Origin: a virus | Lineage: Duplodnaviria > Caudoviricetes | Virus record (IMG/VR): IMGVR_UViG_3300030708_003161 | Location: 1-60,954 of that record | Length of the DNA: 60,954 nucleotides | Strand: one strand, 5' to 3' | Shown: piece by piece, positions 47,134 to 56,833 of the stretch | How positions within the stretch are numbered: the stretch's first letter is position 1 | Layout: each line of letters opens with the position of its first letter | The notes under the pieces: generated by a model | Told to the model about the DNA's origin: nothing | The model's input: only the letters and a program-made list of their open reading frames with translations | Databases searched by the model: none | Made by a program: the position numbers and the translations under genes

Positions 47134-48102
47134 TTACCAAATATCTTCAAAGTCTTCGCCTTCGTTAGCTTTCGAATAATCAGTCGGCCTAATAGAAAAG
47201 AAATCAGTATGAGTGTGCCCGCCGGTAAGATGGTAGAACCAGTCCAAATCGCTCGCTCCCACTTCGTCATATTCAAAGTACTTCCCGCTGTTTGAGTAAC
47301 CGAGCTCAACAATTTTTTCGTTAAGACGTTTCCTGATAAATTGTTTAAGATCATATGCTTTGAGGTTTTCAATATCTCCTTGTTCAAACATTTTGTCAAT
47401 GTATCTTTCTTCTGCTTTAAGCATTGTCTTTGCTGCTTTAATAACGTGTTCATAACAGTCATCTTGTAATCCTTTAATTTCTTTACACATATGTCTAAAT
47501 AATTGACATCCCATTTTAGAATGTAGAGATTCATCTCTTACACTCCATTTCATCTGTTGGCCAATACCTTTGAGTAAATTACGTAACTGAAAGCTATATA
47601 GCACAGCAAAGGCAGAATATAAAGAAACCCCTTCGGCAAAAGCAGAAAATACAGCCAGTGACCTACCAATACCAACAGGATTATTACCATTATAGCTAAC
47701 AAGATTATCAAACCGTGCAGCTGTTGCAGGTTCGTGTAAAAATGCTTCAAAGTTTTCAAGTCCAAGTGTTTCATTTAAATAAGAATAAGCAACAGCGTGT
47801 ATTGTTTCTTGTGAGCCAAACATCATTGCCATTTGTTGTATTTCGTGTTTAGGAAACCAGCCTACAACTTTTTGTGTCCAATAATCTGATACCGCACATT
47901 CTGTTTGTGCAAATCCTAAAAGGATATTACCAACTAAATTTTTTTCTGATTTAGTTAGCTTTTCATTCCAGTCTTTAACGTCGCTAGACATAGGTATTTC
48001 AGTATGTAACCAAAAAGCTTGAGCTTGTTTAAGCCAACCTTCTGTATAATATTCAGGATATTCAAAAGGTTTATAAGGTATTCTTTCGTCAAATAATCCC
48101 AT
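47134..48102 (-). CDS. nrdB: Ribonucleotide reductase class Ia beta subunit
   Basis: FWLHTE, QETIHAVAYS, AEGVSLYSAF, RDESLH, TDFF. Confidence 0.96.
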   Translation of the reverse strand: MGLFDERIPYKPFEYPEYYTEGWLKQAQAFWLHTEIPMSSDVKDWNEKLTKSEKNLVGNILLGFAQTECAVSDYWTQKVVGWFPKHEIQQMAMMFGSQETIHAVAYSYLNETLGLENFEAFLHEPATAARFDNLVSYNGNNPVGIGRSLAVFSAFAEGVSLYSAFAVLYSFQLRNLLKGIGQQMKWSVRDESLHSKMGCQLFRHMCKEIKGLQDDCYEHVIKAAKTMLKAEERYIDKMFEQGDIENLKAYDLKQFIRKRLNEKIVELGYSNSGKYFEYDEVGASDLDWFYHLTGGHTHTDFFSIRPTDYSKANEGEDFEDIW

Positions 48103-48302
48103 TACTTTTTATCTTCTTTTTCTTTTGTGTTTTCTTTTTTAAGTTCTTCAAGAGCTTCGGCATAGCCAGGTAATTTTTTAGTAACCATCATTGTACCTAC
48201 AGCTAAGTCTTTTAAATTATGTAACTCTTGTACTACTCTATTCATAGAGTTACCAAGTACCTCTATTTTATTGCGCATTTCTATTAGTTTACTTTCCTTC
48301 AT
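48102..48302 (-). CDS. Hypothetical protein
   Basis: 66-aa ORF coupled to nrdB. Confidence 0.6.
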   Translation of the reverse strand: MKESKLIEMRNKIEVLGNSMNRVVQELHNLKDLAVGTMMVTKKLPGYAEALEELKKENTKEKEDKK

Positions 48303-48504
48303 TAAAATATTTATTTAATGTTTTAATTCTATCATCAGCATCAACTAACATTTGTAATGCTTGTTCTGCATTTTTATAATAATCATCTGTTGAATGATCA
48401 CCAATACCTGCAGCTTTATTACTTAATAAATCTAAACTAAGTAATGCTTTTGTTTTATCTGCTTCAGCAGACTTTAATAACATTTCATATAATTGCTTGT
48501 ACAT
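48289..48504 (-). CDS. Conserved small phage protein (AGIGDHS motif)
   Basis: Helical hairpin with a GIGDHS motif. Confidence 0.7.
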   Translation of the reverse strand: MYKQLYEMLLKSAEADKTKALLSLDLLSNKAAGIGDHSTDDYYKNAEQALQMLVDADDRIKTLNKYFNEGK

Positions 48505-48700
48505 CTTTGCTAAGTATTATAGGACTTGCATCCTTGTTGTTTTTAACTTCAATATGTGTTTCTTTAATAGTAATAATAGGATCAATAGATTCCATTATTC
48601 TTCTAATAACTTTACCGTGCTGATCTCTAATTACTTTCTTTTTTGAAAATAAACGTTTATAATTTTTTAAAACGTATTCTTTTATCTTCTCTTCATTCAT
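48485..48700 (-). CDS. Hypothetical protein
   Basis: 71-aa ORF packed in the operon. Confidence 0.55.
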   Translation of the reverse strand: MNEEKIKEYVLKNYKRLFSKKKVIRDQHGKVIRRIMESIDPIITIKETHIEVKNNKDASPIILSKDVQAII

Positions 48701-48836
48701 AATGCATTGTTAAACATAGTTCTACAAAAGGTATATATAATACGTGTTCTATAAATGTTTCCTCAGGATAACTTCGTATGCCTACTAATACACCCGGATA
48801 TAATCCTAAACTAATTTCCCAACCTGCTATTTTCAT
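48693..48836 (-). CDS. Small hypothetical protein (47 aa)
   Basis: MKIAGWEISLGLYPGVLVGIRSYPEETFIEHVLYIPFVELCLTMHYE*; fills a gap. Not in the ORF track. Confidence 0.6.
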   Translation of the reverse strand: MKIAGWEISLGLYPGVLVGIRSYPEETFIEHVLYIPFVELCLTMHYE

Positions 48837-48916
48837 TTAAATAATAATTTAGCATTTTCATATGGAACTTTATTCTTTCAATATAATGATTTTGAAGTGA
48901 AGGTATCTCGATGTCT

Positions 48917-49135
48917 TTAAATTCCGTATCGTTCATGTATGTTTAATATGTCTTTATACCTTATAGGGTTTCTTTTAATTAACTTTTTAATTTCTTTATC
49001 TATTTTACGTCTTCTATACATTATTTCCGCCTCTTTTTTTTTCTTGATTCTTTTATCAAATTTATCGTCAGATCTACTTCTTTCTGATTTTGAGGCTTGT
49101 AAAGTATCTTTCCAATATTGTTTTTCGTAAGCCAT
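48917..49135 (-). CDS. Basic hypothetical protein
   Basis: 72-aa ORF overlapping the 3' end of the endonuclease gene. Confidence 0.5.
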   Translation of the reverse strand: MAYEKQYWKDTLQASKSERSRSDDKFDKRIKKKKEAEIMYRRRKIDKEIKKLIKRNPIRYKDILNIHERYGI

Positions 49136-49482
49136 AGTTTAAATAATTTCCATCTTATAGGAAAAGATTCATTAGGTCTGCCTTTGCATTCTATAATATA
49201 ATCTTTACCAATAAAATCCGGTGTATATTTTATACCTAAAATTTTTTTAATCCCTCTGTTTATATATTCGCCTTTACCATTAGCTTGTTTTTCATAACTT
49301 GTATTAGGAAATTGAAATGAATTTATTAATTCAAATGTTTCGCTTTCATATCCTTCAAACAATTTATTTTTTTTTAAAGCTATATAAGTGTATCTTTCAA
49401 GACCTGATGCAAACTTAATACCGTCATAAGATATTTTTTTAGCCTGCACAGGACCTCGTTTTTTACTTCTTCTTTTTACCAT
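49021..49482 (-). CDS. PD-(D/E)XK endonuclease (T7 endonuclease I / resolvase-like)
   Basis: FASGLE, YTPDF...IIECKG. Confidence 0.8.
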   Translation of the reverse strand: MVKRRSKKRGPVQAKKISYDGIKFASGLERYTYIALKKNKLFEGYESETFELINSFQFPNTSYEKQANGKGEYINRGIKKILGIKYTPDFIGKDYIIECKGRPNESFPIRWKLFKLWLTKNNIGKILYKPQNQKEVDLTINLIKESRKKKRRK

Positions 49483-49483
49483 A

Positions 49484-49759
49484 CTAATATGTAATATCCC
49501 AGTTTTGATCTGTAGTATCTGATGTCCAACTAGACTCAGGGTATTTACTTATTTTTTTATCTTCTTCAATTAATACAGCTCTAATTTTTTCAATATAGTT
49601 AGCAGCATCCATAAGTTCTTCTTGTAGATGATTAAGCCAAGTATCAAGTGATTGTTCATCTTTATCTAAACCAACACCATACTTTTTATAACCTGCTTCA
49701 GCACGCTTTTGAATCTTATCAATTACGCGATTAATTATTTTATCGTTTATTTTACTCAT
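49484..49759 (-). CDS. MazG-superfamily-like small NTP pyrophosphatase
   Basis: R...G..KYG...WLNHLQEELMDAANY. Confidence 0.6.
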   Translation of the reverse strand: MSKINDKIINRVIDKIQKRAEAGYKKYGVGLDKDEQSLDTWLNHLQEELMDAANYIEKIRAVLIEEDKKISKYPESSWTSDTTDQNWDITY

Positions 49760-50513
49760 CTTTTACAAATGTTCCGTTAACCATTTTACCTGTTCTTTTA
49801 GAAATTACATTAAATGATTCATTAATACAATCTTCAATTTTAAACCCTTCTAGCTCTGAAAGATTAGCAAGGACTATTACCATATCACCAATAGCGTCTT
49901 TTATTTCAGCTTTATTTTGCTTTAATAATGCTTGCGCAAGTTCTCCTGCTTCTTCCATTAATTTAACATACTGAGTTTTACTATCACCTTTTTGGTATAG
50001 ATTACGATCTTTAGCCCAGTTTCTTATCTTATTAAATGCTGATGTGCTATTAGGTTTAAATGCTTTAGTAAAAGCTTTATTGTAAATATAACACGTACCC
50101 GGGCCAAACTGGCTTGCATGTACATTAGTTAATATCCAATCAATATAATCTTCATTATTTAATTCAAATATGCCTTCAGGTAATTCTAATGTAATGTCTT
50201 TTAAAAATTCAGCATTAATATCATTAGGTGATATTTTAAATGTTGTTGTTGCCTGCGATGAGCTATGCTTATTCATTTTTTTACGGAATAAATCTTTATA
50301 TAATTTAATATCTGTTTTATATTTAAGTTCTTTTTGTAAATTTCTTTCAGCCTCTGAAGCCTCTACTATATCATCTGTTTCATATAGTATATCGTATTCA
50401 CCAGGTTTATATCCCTGTTCTTCTTCAACGCGTTTCTTAACATTAGTTGTACAACCAATCTTAACACCGGGTATATGGTATATTTTGTATTTACCTTTCT
50501 GTAGTTCTATCAT
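49752..50513 (-). CDS. MazG-like NTP pyrophosphohydrolase with N-terminal GIY-YIG-like domain
   Basis: C-terminal KLMEEAGELA...DAIGD...KRTG; N-terminal KIYHI..KIGCT..KKR. Confidence 0.8.
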   Translation of the reverse strand: MIELQKGKYKIYHIPGVKIGCTTNVKKRVEEEQGYKPGEYDILYETDDIVEASEAERNLQKELKYKTDIKLYKDLFRKKMNKHSSSQATTTFKISPNDINAEFLKDITLELPEGIFELNNEDYIDWILTNVHASQFGPGTCYIYNKAFTKAFKPNSTSAFNKIRNWAKDRNLYQKGDSKTQYVKLMEEAGELAQALLKQNKAEIKDAIGDMVIVLANLSELEGFKIEDCINESFNVISKRTGKMVNGTFVKDE

Positions 50514-51325
50514 GTATTTAATTTAGCTTTAATTGGTGGGTGTGGGTTATAATTTTTTAGTTTAATCATATCTAACTCTGGTAATATTACTTCTTCGTTG
50601 ACAAGAGTAATTCCGCAAGAAGAATCAACTCTAGGCAATTCCCTAAAATCATTATCAAGTTGTTGCTTGGCTTGATCAATATGGTTATTATACAAATGAC
50701 AGTCACCAAAACAACCAATAAGTTCGCCTTTAGCATATTCAAATCCTTCAGCCAACAGCTGAAGTAATAAACCATACATTGCAATATCATAAGGTAGCCC
50801 AAGGAAAACATCAACTGATCGTTGCTGCCACATAAGATTAAGCTTTCCATCATTTATATATACTTGAAAGCCATAGTGGCAAGGTGGCAACACCATATCA
50901 GCCAAATCGTTGGGATTCCATAAGCTTGCCATAATGCGCCGCGAGCTTGGGTTGTTTTTAATTTCGACGAGTACTCTTTTAAGCTGATCAACGCCATTGA
51001 AGTCCCTAAGCTGCTTGCCGTAAACAGGGCCAAGCGTACCATCAGATCTACCTGATCTTTCATAATCAGGATTCCAGTAATTAACGCCGTTTGACTGCAA
51101 GTAATGCATATCAGTACGACCTTGAAGAATCCATAATAGTTCCGTAACTGCATGTTTAAAATATATTTTTTTAGTTGTTAATAATGGAAAGCCAAGTGAC
51201 ATATCATGTTTTATCATTCTACCAAATACAGATCTAGTACCTGTACCTGTTCTATCTTCTTTTGTTTTACCATTATATAATACACCAGCTAATAAGCTTC
51301 TGTATTCATCTTGTATGTTTATCAT
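50510..51325 (-). CDS. thyA: Thymidylate synthase
   Basis: DRTGTGT, FPLLTTKK, LPPCH, QRSVDVFLGLPYD, HLYNNH; start adjusted to MINIQDEY. Confidence 0.96.
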   Translation of the reverse strand: MINIQDEYRSLLAGVLYNGKTKEDRTGTGTRSVFGRMIKHDMSLGFPLLTTKKIYFKHAVTELLWILQGRTDMHYLQSNGVNYWNPDYERSGRSDGTLGPVYGKQLRDFNGVDQLKRVLVEIKNNPSSRRIMASLWNPNDLADMVLPPCHYGFQVYINDGKLNLMWQQRSVDVFLGLPYDIAMYGLLLQLLAEGFEYAKGELIGCFGDCHLYNNHIDQAKQQLDNDFRELPRVDSSCGITLVNEEVILPELDMIKLKNYNPHPPIKAKLNT

Positions 51326-51593
51326 AATAATATTTACACATTTGATAATATTCAGGCCATATATTATGTTTGTTATAAACACTTGGCGAAAAATTTATTT
51401 TTTCACCTTTTTTATATGGCCCAAAAGCAATTGCGATTTTCCATTTACCCGGCTCTTGATGTATACCATAAGGTGATATTCTTATATTGTTATCAATACA
51501 ATATTTTTGCCACGTTTCTTCTTCTAAACTAGAAGTATAGAATGGCATCTTATATGCATCTTTTTTACTTCTACCAGTTAATCCGCTTCCCAT
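51306..51593 (-). CDS. Hypothetical protein
   Basis: 95-aa ORF overlapping both neighbours by a few codons. Confidence 0.65.
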   Translation of the reverse strand: MGSGLTGRSKKDAYKMPFYTSSLEEETWQKYCIDNNIRISPYGIHQEPGKWKIAIAFGPYKKGEKINFSPSVYNKHNIWPEYYQMCKYYYDKHTR

Positions 51594-53287
51594 GGCATTT
51601 TATTATTTATTTGTTGTGTTATTGGTATATAGTTACCACTTATTTTATCCCAAGTAAAATGTGCTTCAGCTTGATTTTCACCTAAATTTTGAAACTTAAC
51701 TTTAAGAACTTTTACTTTTACAGTTTGCTTTTCATAATCTCTATGAACAAGCAATCCGTGATAAGAAGCGTCATACCATTCACCACCACCTTTAATATTA
51801 TACATATTAGGTTCATCAATAGTACCATCTTCTTTCTTATACATTTTAGTAGGATGAGCTACAACAATAACAAGCACATCGTGTTTCTTAGCAAAAGCTT
51901 CAACCCTCGTTAAGTATTCCATAGTAGCATCTGTAATACTCATATTACTAGCACCATTCATCTTAACTTTATTATATGGATCTATTACTAAACACTTAAT
52001 ACCTTTACGTTTTACAAGCTCCGCTCCTTTTTCTAATACAGAATCTAAATCATATCTTTCATTTTCTATAAAGAAAAAGTTATTATTAACTACATCAGTT
52101 ACTTCATTCCATTTAGCAGAACCAATATCTGTTTCTCTTGGCATCCATCCACCTATCTTACGAATAAGTTTATGAGCATGTAAGAATGTTGGTTTGTTTT
52201 CTGGAGAAGCAAATGCTGTTTTCCAGCCATACTTTAAATAATATCCTATAATCATTCTATCTACAAAATCAGATTTACCTGAACTTGGTACACCTGTTAC
52301 TGTAATAAACTGACCTGTATAAGTTGAAAATATATCATCAAAAGGCTCCAACCCGATTTGATAACCGGGTTTGAAACCATCTTGAATAAACTCTTTTAAT
52401 TCATCACTTACATCTGATAATGTTAAAACATTTTCAAGAGGGACGGGACTAGCATTATTAATGATACTAGCAAGCATGTCGCTCCCATTGTGAATAAGAA
52501 ATTCATTAGCGTCTTTGTGATTACCGAAGTCGATCGTATAACACGCTTCCGCTCCGAGTCTTCTAATAAGTTCTTGTTTAAGATTTTCTCCCGCCTCATC
52601 TTGATCAACTGCGATAATGATTTTTTCTTTTGACTCAAAATAATCAATGCAGTTGTCCAAGTAATCAAGGTTAGTGTTATTAATTGTAGCTCCGTTTGGG
52701 ACGCTAACCACTGAATCAATCCCAGCTTCAATAAAAGATAAAGCGTCAATCTCTCCTTCCACAATAACCACATATCTACTGCCAAGAGTAGAATCAATAT
52801 TATAAAATATTTTTTCTGCACCTTTAACAAGTTTAAAATTTTTTCTTCCATCTCTATACTTTATGTTTGTTAATTCATTATTAATAAAGTAATTAAATTG
52901 GATTGTGTTTTCTTTTTTTCCTGTCTGTGGCATATATTCTAATCCCTCAGATACTTTCATTTTATTTAAAGTATCTTCTGATATACCACGCTGTTTAAAC
53001 CATTGAATAACTTTATTACTTAGTTTAGTATTTGTAATAGGTTCAGGTTTAACATATTCTTTATTAGGGTTTTTCCTTTTAAAGGTATGTAACTGAAAAG
53101 TACTATTACAATTATGACAAGTACCAAGACCACGTTCCCAGTCATAAGATGCACATTTCTTTTTCTGGTTAGCAGGTTTTCTGTTAGAAGAGCAAAGAGG
53201 ACAAACGCCCTCTTGCTCACCAACTTTAAGATTGTATTGATTAAATACATCTATATCGAAACCATTAATCTCGATGTCATTTATCAT
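51578..53287 (-). CDS. DNA primase-helicase (Zn-binding, TOPRIM and SF4 helicase domains)
   Basis: CPLC...CHNC, VEGEIDALS, DQDEAG, KDANE, GVPSSGKS, VIDPYN, VAHP. Confidence 0.95.
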   Translation of the reverse strand: MINDIEINGFDIDVFNQYNLKVGEQEGVCPLCSSNRKPANQKKKCASYDWERGLGTCHNCNSTFQLHTFKRKNPNKEYVKPEPITNTKLSNKVIQWFKQRGISEDTLNKMKVSEGLEYMPQTGKKENTIQFNYFINNELTNIKYRDGRKNFKLVKGAEKIFYNIDSTLGSRYVVIVEGEIDALSFIEAGIDSVVSVPNGATINNTNLDYLDNCIDYFESKEKIIIAVDQDEAGENLKQELIRRLGAEACYTIDFGNHKDANEFLIHNGSDMLASIINNASPVPLENVLTLSDVSDELKEFIQDGFKPGYQIGLEPFDDIFSTYTGQFITVTGVPSSGKSDFVDRMIIGYYLKYGWKTAFASPENKPTFLHAHKLIRKIGGWMPRETDIGSAKWNEVTDVVNNNFFFIENERYDLDSVLEKGAELVKRKGIKCLVIDPYNKVKMNGASNMSITDATMEYLTRVEAFAKKHDVLVIVVAHPTKMYKKEDGTIDEPNMYNIKGGGEWYDASYHGLLVHRDYEKQTVKVKVLKVKFQNLGENQAEAHFTWDKISGNYIPITQQINNKMPWEAD

Positions 53288-53288
53288 A

Positions 53289-53600
53289 CTAAAATGGTAA
53301 ATCTGGTTCTTCTTCTTTAGGAGTATTCATTTGCATTGCAGGTTGGCCATCTCTCGGTGGCGGCTCTGGAAATACACCATTACTCCATACTACTTGCACA
53401 TTACCTAAATAAACTTTGTCGACCTTAGCTTCTCTTTCTTCTTGAGATTGAGAAACAATCATTGGGCCTTGATTATTAAACTGGTCAACTTCATCATTAA
53501 CTGTTATAGTAATAGGTAAATACTTACCTTTCTTACCAGTAATAATCTTATCCTTAGGTATTGCAGATAAATTAATACTTCCTTTTACAATACCTGCCAT
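53289..53600 (-). CDS. Single-stranded DNA-binding protein (putative)
   Basis: Short beta-rich protein with an acidic ...EEPDLPF tail, in the replication module. Confidence 0.75.
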   Translation of the reverse strand: MAGIVKGSINLSAIPKDKIITGKKGKYLPITITVNDEVDQFNNQGPMIVSQSQEEREAKVDKVYLGNVQVVWSNGVFPEPPPRDGQPAMQMNTPKEEEPDLPF

Positions 53601-53767
53601 TAGTAACTATTTATTTGAGTGAACATTCTTCTAAGCTGATTCTTGTTAGCGCCTGTAGTTCTTCTTATGTTATCTACAGCTTTAACATGAGACTGATTAG
53701 AATAAAAGTTTTTTGCACTTGTAGTTATACCTGTAACATCACAGGTCATTTTTCTAGTTCTTGCCAT
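53600..53767 (-). CDS. Small hypothetical protein (55 aa)
   Basis: MARTRKMTCDVTGITTSAKNFYSNQSHVKAVDNIRRTTGANKNQLRRMFTQINSY*; TAATG coupled to the SSB gene. Confidence 0.65.
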   Translation of the reverse strand: MARTRKMTCDVTGITTSAKNFYSNQSHVKAVDNIRRTTGANKNQLRRMFTQINSY

Positions 53768-53783
53768 ATTAAATTAATTTAAA

Positions 53784-54515
53784 TTAAAGTGTTTTTGAAA
53801 TATAAAATTGTGTTAAATCAAATTGCTCATCACCAAAAAATTCATTATAAGCTTGAGCCGCTCTCGCAACTTTGTTCTGTCCTGATTGTAAGAACTCCTC
53901 GCTGCAGTCATATAAACCTAATTGGTGTGTTTTTTTATCTATTACTATAAACACTAGCTCATAACCAAATAGCTTAGAATAAATATAAGCTTGGCTGTCA
54001 TAATTAAATTTATATGCACTAGAACGAAATGAATCGATCGATGATGTAGTCTTTAAGTCTACTATTAGTTGTTGTGAGTGGTTAACAATATCTGCTTTAC
54101 CTTTCCACATCACTCCTTCTAATTCGGTGACACCCGGAACCTCATAATCAACTTTACCTTCTTGTATTAAGTCTTTAAATAATTCAACTTCAAGCACTCT
54201 CTCGCGCATATTCTGAATAGAATCTGCTTCATGTTCTAGCAAACATATTTCGCCGCCGGAGAGTTCTTTGTAGACTTTTGTATTTCTTGTTGTTGAACTA
54301 ATAACTTTATACTTATCTAGCTTATGAGGTTCGAGTATACACGTATGAAAATAACCTCCTATTACAAACGCAGTAGAAGGTTCACTAGGCTTCTTAAAAT
54401 CAAGAGGATTATTCAATAGTGCTCTTATGTCACTATTAGAAAGAAACTGTTTACCATAATCACCATAATAGTGTTCATCGGATTTTAGTTTCTTTAATAT
54501 TTCCTCTTTATTCAT
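53784..54515 (-). CDS. PD-(D/E)XK exonuclease, RecE/ExoVIII-like
   Basis: LSNSDI, G.YFH..ILEP, KGKADI...DLKTT, YDSQAYIY. Confidence 0.85.
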   Translation of the reverse strand: MNKEEILKKLKSDEHYYGDYGKQFLSNSDIRALLNNPLDFKKPSEPSTAFVIGGYFHTCILEPHKLDKYKVISSTTRNTKVYKELSGGEICLLEHEADSIQNMRERVLEVELFKDLIQEGKVDYEVPGVTELEGVMWKGKADIVNHSQQLIVDLKTTSSIDSFRSSAYKFNYDSQAYIYSKLFGYELVFIVIDKKTHQLGLYDCSEEFLQSGQNKVARAAQAYNEFFGDEQFDLTQFYISKTL

Positions 54516-55095
54516 TTACAAGCTCAGTCCTAGCTTCTTCAGTTATTGTATATTTATCTTCAAGTGTTTTCATTAATCCACCGTTAGATAAGAACTTCTT
54601 AGCTTGTTCTATATTAGCTTTATTAATTAAAGGTTTTTTAGAACTTGCTATTTTATTTTGTAAATTTTGTACTTTAGATTTAACCGATGTATCTCTACCG
54701 TGCGAATTTGTAGCATCAGCATCAGCGGTATCATCAATTAACAATAGATTACCAAGTGCATACTTTTTACCATATGAGGATGCACTACCAAATCTTTGAG
54801 GCATTTGTTGTCCTTTAGCGTTCAAATCAACACCAACTATCGCTGTAGCTTCAATTGTTTCACCAGATTCAGCATCAACCATAATAGCTGTTGAATGTAT
54901 TATAGGAAAGTCAACACCCATAACAGTTAGATTTTCTTTAACTGTAAAATAAACACCATACTTTTCATTTAATGGTTTTAATGATTCAAGTATATCTTCA
55001 GCTGACCTAAAGTTATACTTACCAAAAGAGTTATAACGAGACTTTTTGGATTTAAATTCATATTGTATTCTACTTAATTTCTCTCGTATATTCAT
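54508..55095 (-). CDS. ERF-family ssDNA annealing protein
   Basis: YNFRSAEDIL, GSASSYGKKYAL..L.IDD..DAD. Confidence 0.88.
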   Translation of the reverse strand: MNIREKLSRIQYEFKSKKSRYNSFGKYNFRSAEDILESLKPLNEKYGVYFTVKENLTVMGVDFPIIHSTAIMVDAESGETIEATAIVGVDLNAKGQQMPQRFGSASSYGKKYALGNLLLIDDTADADATNSHGRDTSVKSKVQNLQNKIASSKKPLINKANIEQAKKFLSNGGLMKTLEDKYTITEEARTELVNE

Positions 55096-55333
55096 AATTA
55101 GTTAATTTATGCCACTTTTTATTTTTCATTTTTAATTGTCTAATTGCATACTTTTTATCTTTATAATACATATTATGATAAAGTGCATCGCCATGCAATT
55201 GGTTATCAATATCTTTTTTATCATCTGTCGATGTATCGATGTTAAAATAATTTAATGCTTCAGATAAATTAGTGGCATCGCCTCTATCTATAGCATCATC
55301 TTCAATGTCGTAAAGTATATGTTTATATTCCAT
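55070..55333 (-). CDS. Hypothetical protein
   Basis: 87-aa ORF downstream of an AT-rich intergenic segment. Confidence 0.55.
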   Translation of the reverse strand: MEYKHILYDIEDDAIDRGDATNLSEALNYFNIDTSTDDKKDIDNQLHGDALYHNMYYKDKKYAIRQLKMKNKKWHKLTNYEYTREIK

Positions 55334-55372
55334 TGTCTTATTATATATTACATAAAAAATTAGTTATGTATA

Positions 55373-56104
55373 CTATTTTTCTAAAAATTTTTCAATAATT
55401 TCTTTTACTTCAGTTTGTTTTAATTTTTGCAAAGCTTTAGCTTTTGTTTTCTTAATCCACACAATTGATTTTTTATATTTTTCAGCTATTCTAGCTAATC
55501 CTACTTTTCTATCAAATGGTTCATCTATACCATAAAACATGCATAACACATCTTTTTCAAATGGTGTTAAAAATATATCCATAACATCATTTAAATGTTC
55601 ATTTAATCTATCATTGCTATAATTAGATATTTCATCAACTACATCCATATAATGCGCATTGAAAAACGATGCAAATGTTCTAGTTAAAAATATATCAATT
55701 TGATAGTTTAAATCATATTTACCCTCGTAGGCAGTTCCGTGAGGCTTTAACTTATAATATGCCTCAGGAATTCTAATAGTGTCTCTATCGTGAGCTATGG
55801 CCCGTTTAATTCCGTTTTTAATATTGATTTTAAGATAATTAATTATAATTCCAGTTCTTTCTTCTTCTGGGGCCGCATTAATTATCTTCCAATCAAGTTT
55901 TGACCAAGCTCTATAAAAACTATAATAGCCTTCCTGTAATAAATCATTTAAGTCTAATATACCTATTCTGTTCCACGCTCTTTCAAACGAATTAGCCAAA
56001 CTTCTTGGCCATTGTATATAAGGCATGTGTTCAGAGTCTATTAGCTTACCACTGTCTATTTCTTTTAAATGAAATTTATATGTTGGGTGGCTATACCACT
56101 TCAT
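55373..56104 (-). CDS. Phage sigma-70-family RNA polymerase sigma factor
   Basis: Region 2 DLLQEG...IKRAI..RDTIRIP; region 4 LTPFEKDVL..FYGI...LARIA...KAKALQKLK. Confidence 0.85.
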   Translation of the reverse strand: MKWYSHPTYKFHLKEIDSGKLIDSEHMPYIQWPRSLANSFERAWNRIGILDLNDLLQEGYYSFYRAWSKLDWKIINAAPEEERTGIIINYLKINIKNGIKRAIAHDRDTIRIPEAYYKLKPHGTAYEGKYDLNYQIDIFLTRTFASFFNAHYMDVVDEISNYSNDRLNEHLNDVMDIFLTPFEKDVLCMFYGIDEPFDRKVGLARIAEKYKKSIVWIKKTKAKALQKLKQTEVKEIIEKFLEK

Positions 56105-56593
56105 TTTCTATTTTTCTTTTTTGATTTTCTAAATTCTTTACATTTTTTTGCTACGTCGAACTTGTTCGTGTATAGCAAATGCATATATATTTTTCTGCTC
56201 ATATTAATCCATTTTATGAATCCAAGTTATTCCTTTATCGTTATACCACAACCATTTATTTTTGTCGTGTTTATCAAAACTTGGTGGAATATCACCAATT
56301 AAATAAGGCTTAAATTCAAACTTTATACCTATTCTAGTTAATTTTAATTTTTTATTTTTCATATTACGTCTTTAAATTCTACTTCGTCAAACCATTCCCA
56401 TTCAGCATCAGGATAACTATTAAGAATTGAATTAATAGTTTCTTCCTGAACTTTATGAGAAACATCGGTATTTATTAAATAAGTTTTATTATTTACTATT
56501 AGTTTACCTAAACTCATTTACCAAATATTAATCCGATTATACATATTAGAATCCATATTAATCCTAGACCTAATATAATTATATTTTCATTTA

Positions 56594-56833
56594 TCATCTT
56601 CCATATTTTTGGTATAGTATAAATACAATAACCTTAAGCATAGTGCCTGCCATAACGCCTACAGCTATTGTTAATTTTATTTGAACAATTGATGCAATAG
56701 TAAAAATTGTCACAGCATCAAATGCAAACATTATCGGTATGAGTATCAATAAGTTATGCTTAAATGTATCGCCTAATAAAGCTACTACATAAGCCGATAA
56801 CCCAAGAAGAAAAGCAATAGATATACTACTCAT
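56594..56833 (-). CDS. Small membrane protein
   Basis: Three hydrophobic helices from MSSISIAF (track ORF 56594..56899, start adjusted). Confidence 0.55.
   Translation of the reverse strand: MSSISIAFLLGLSAYVVALLGDTFKHNLLILIPIMFAFDAVTIFTIASIVQIKLTIAVGVMAGTMLKVIVFILYQKYGR

Noticed and set aside
53850-54300. GC-richer patches in the exonuclease gene as another nested ORF
   Set aside because: Manual reading of part of this stretch found stops in both the +1 and +2 frames, and the track lists no nested ORF here.
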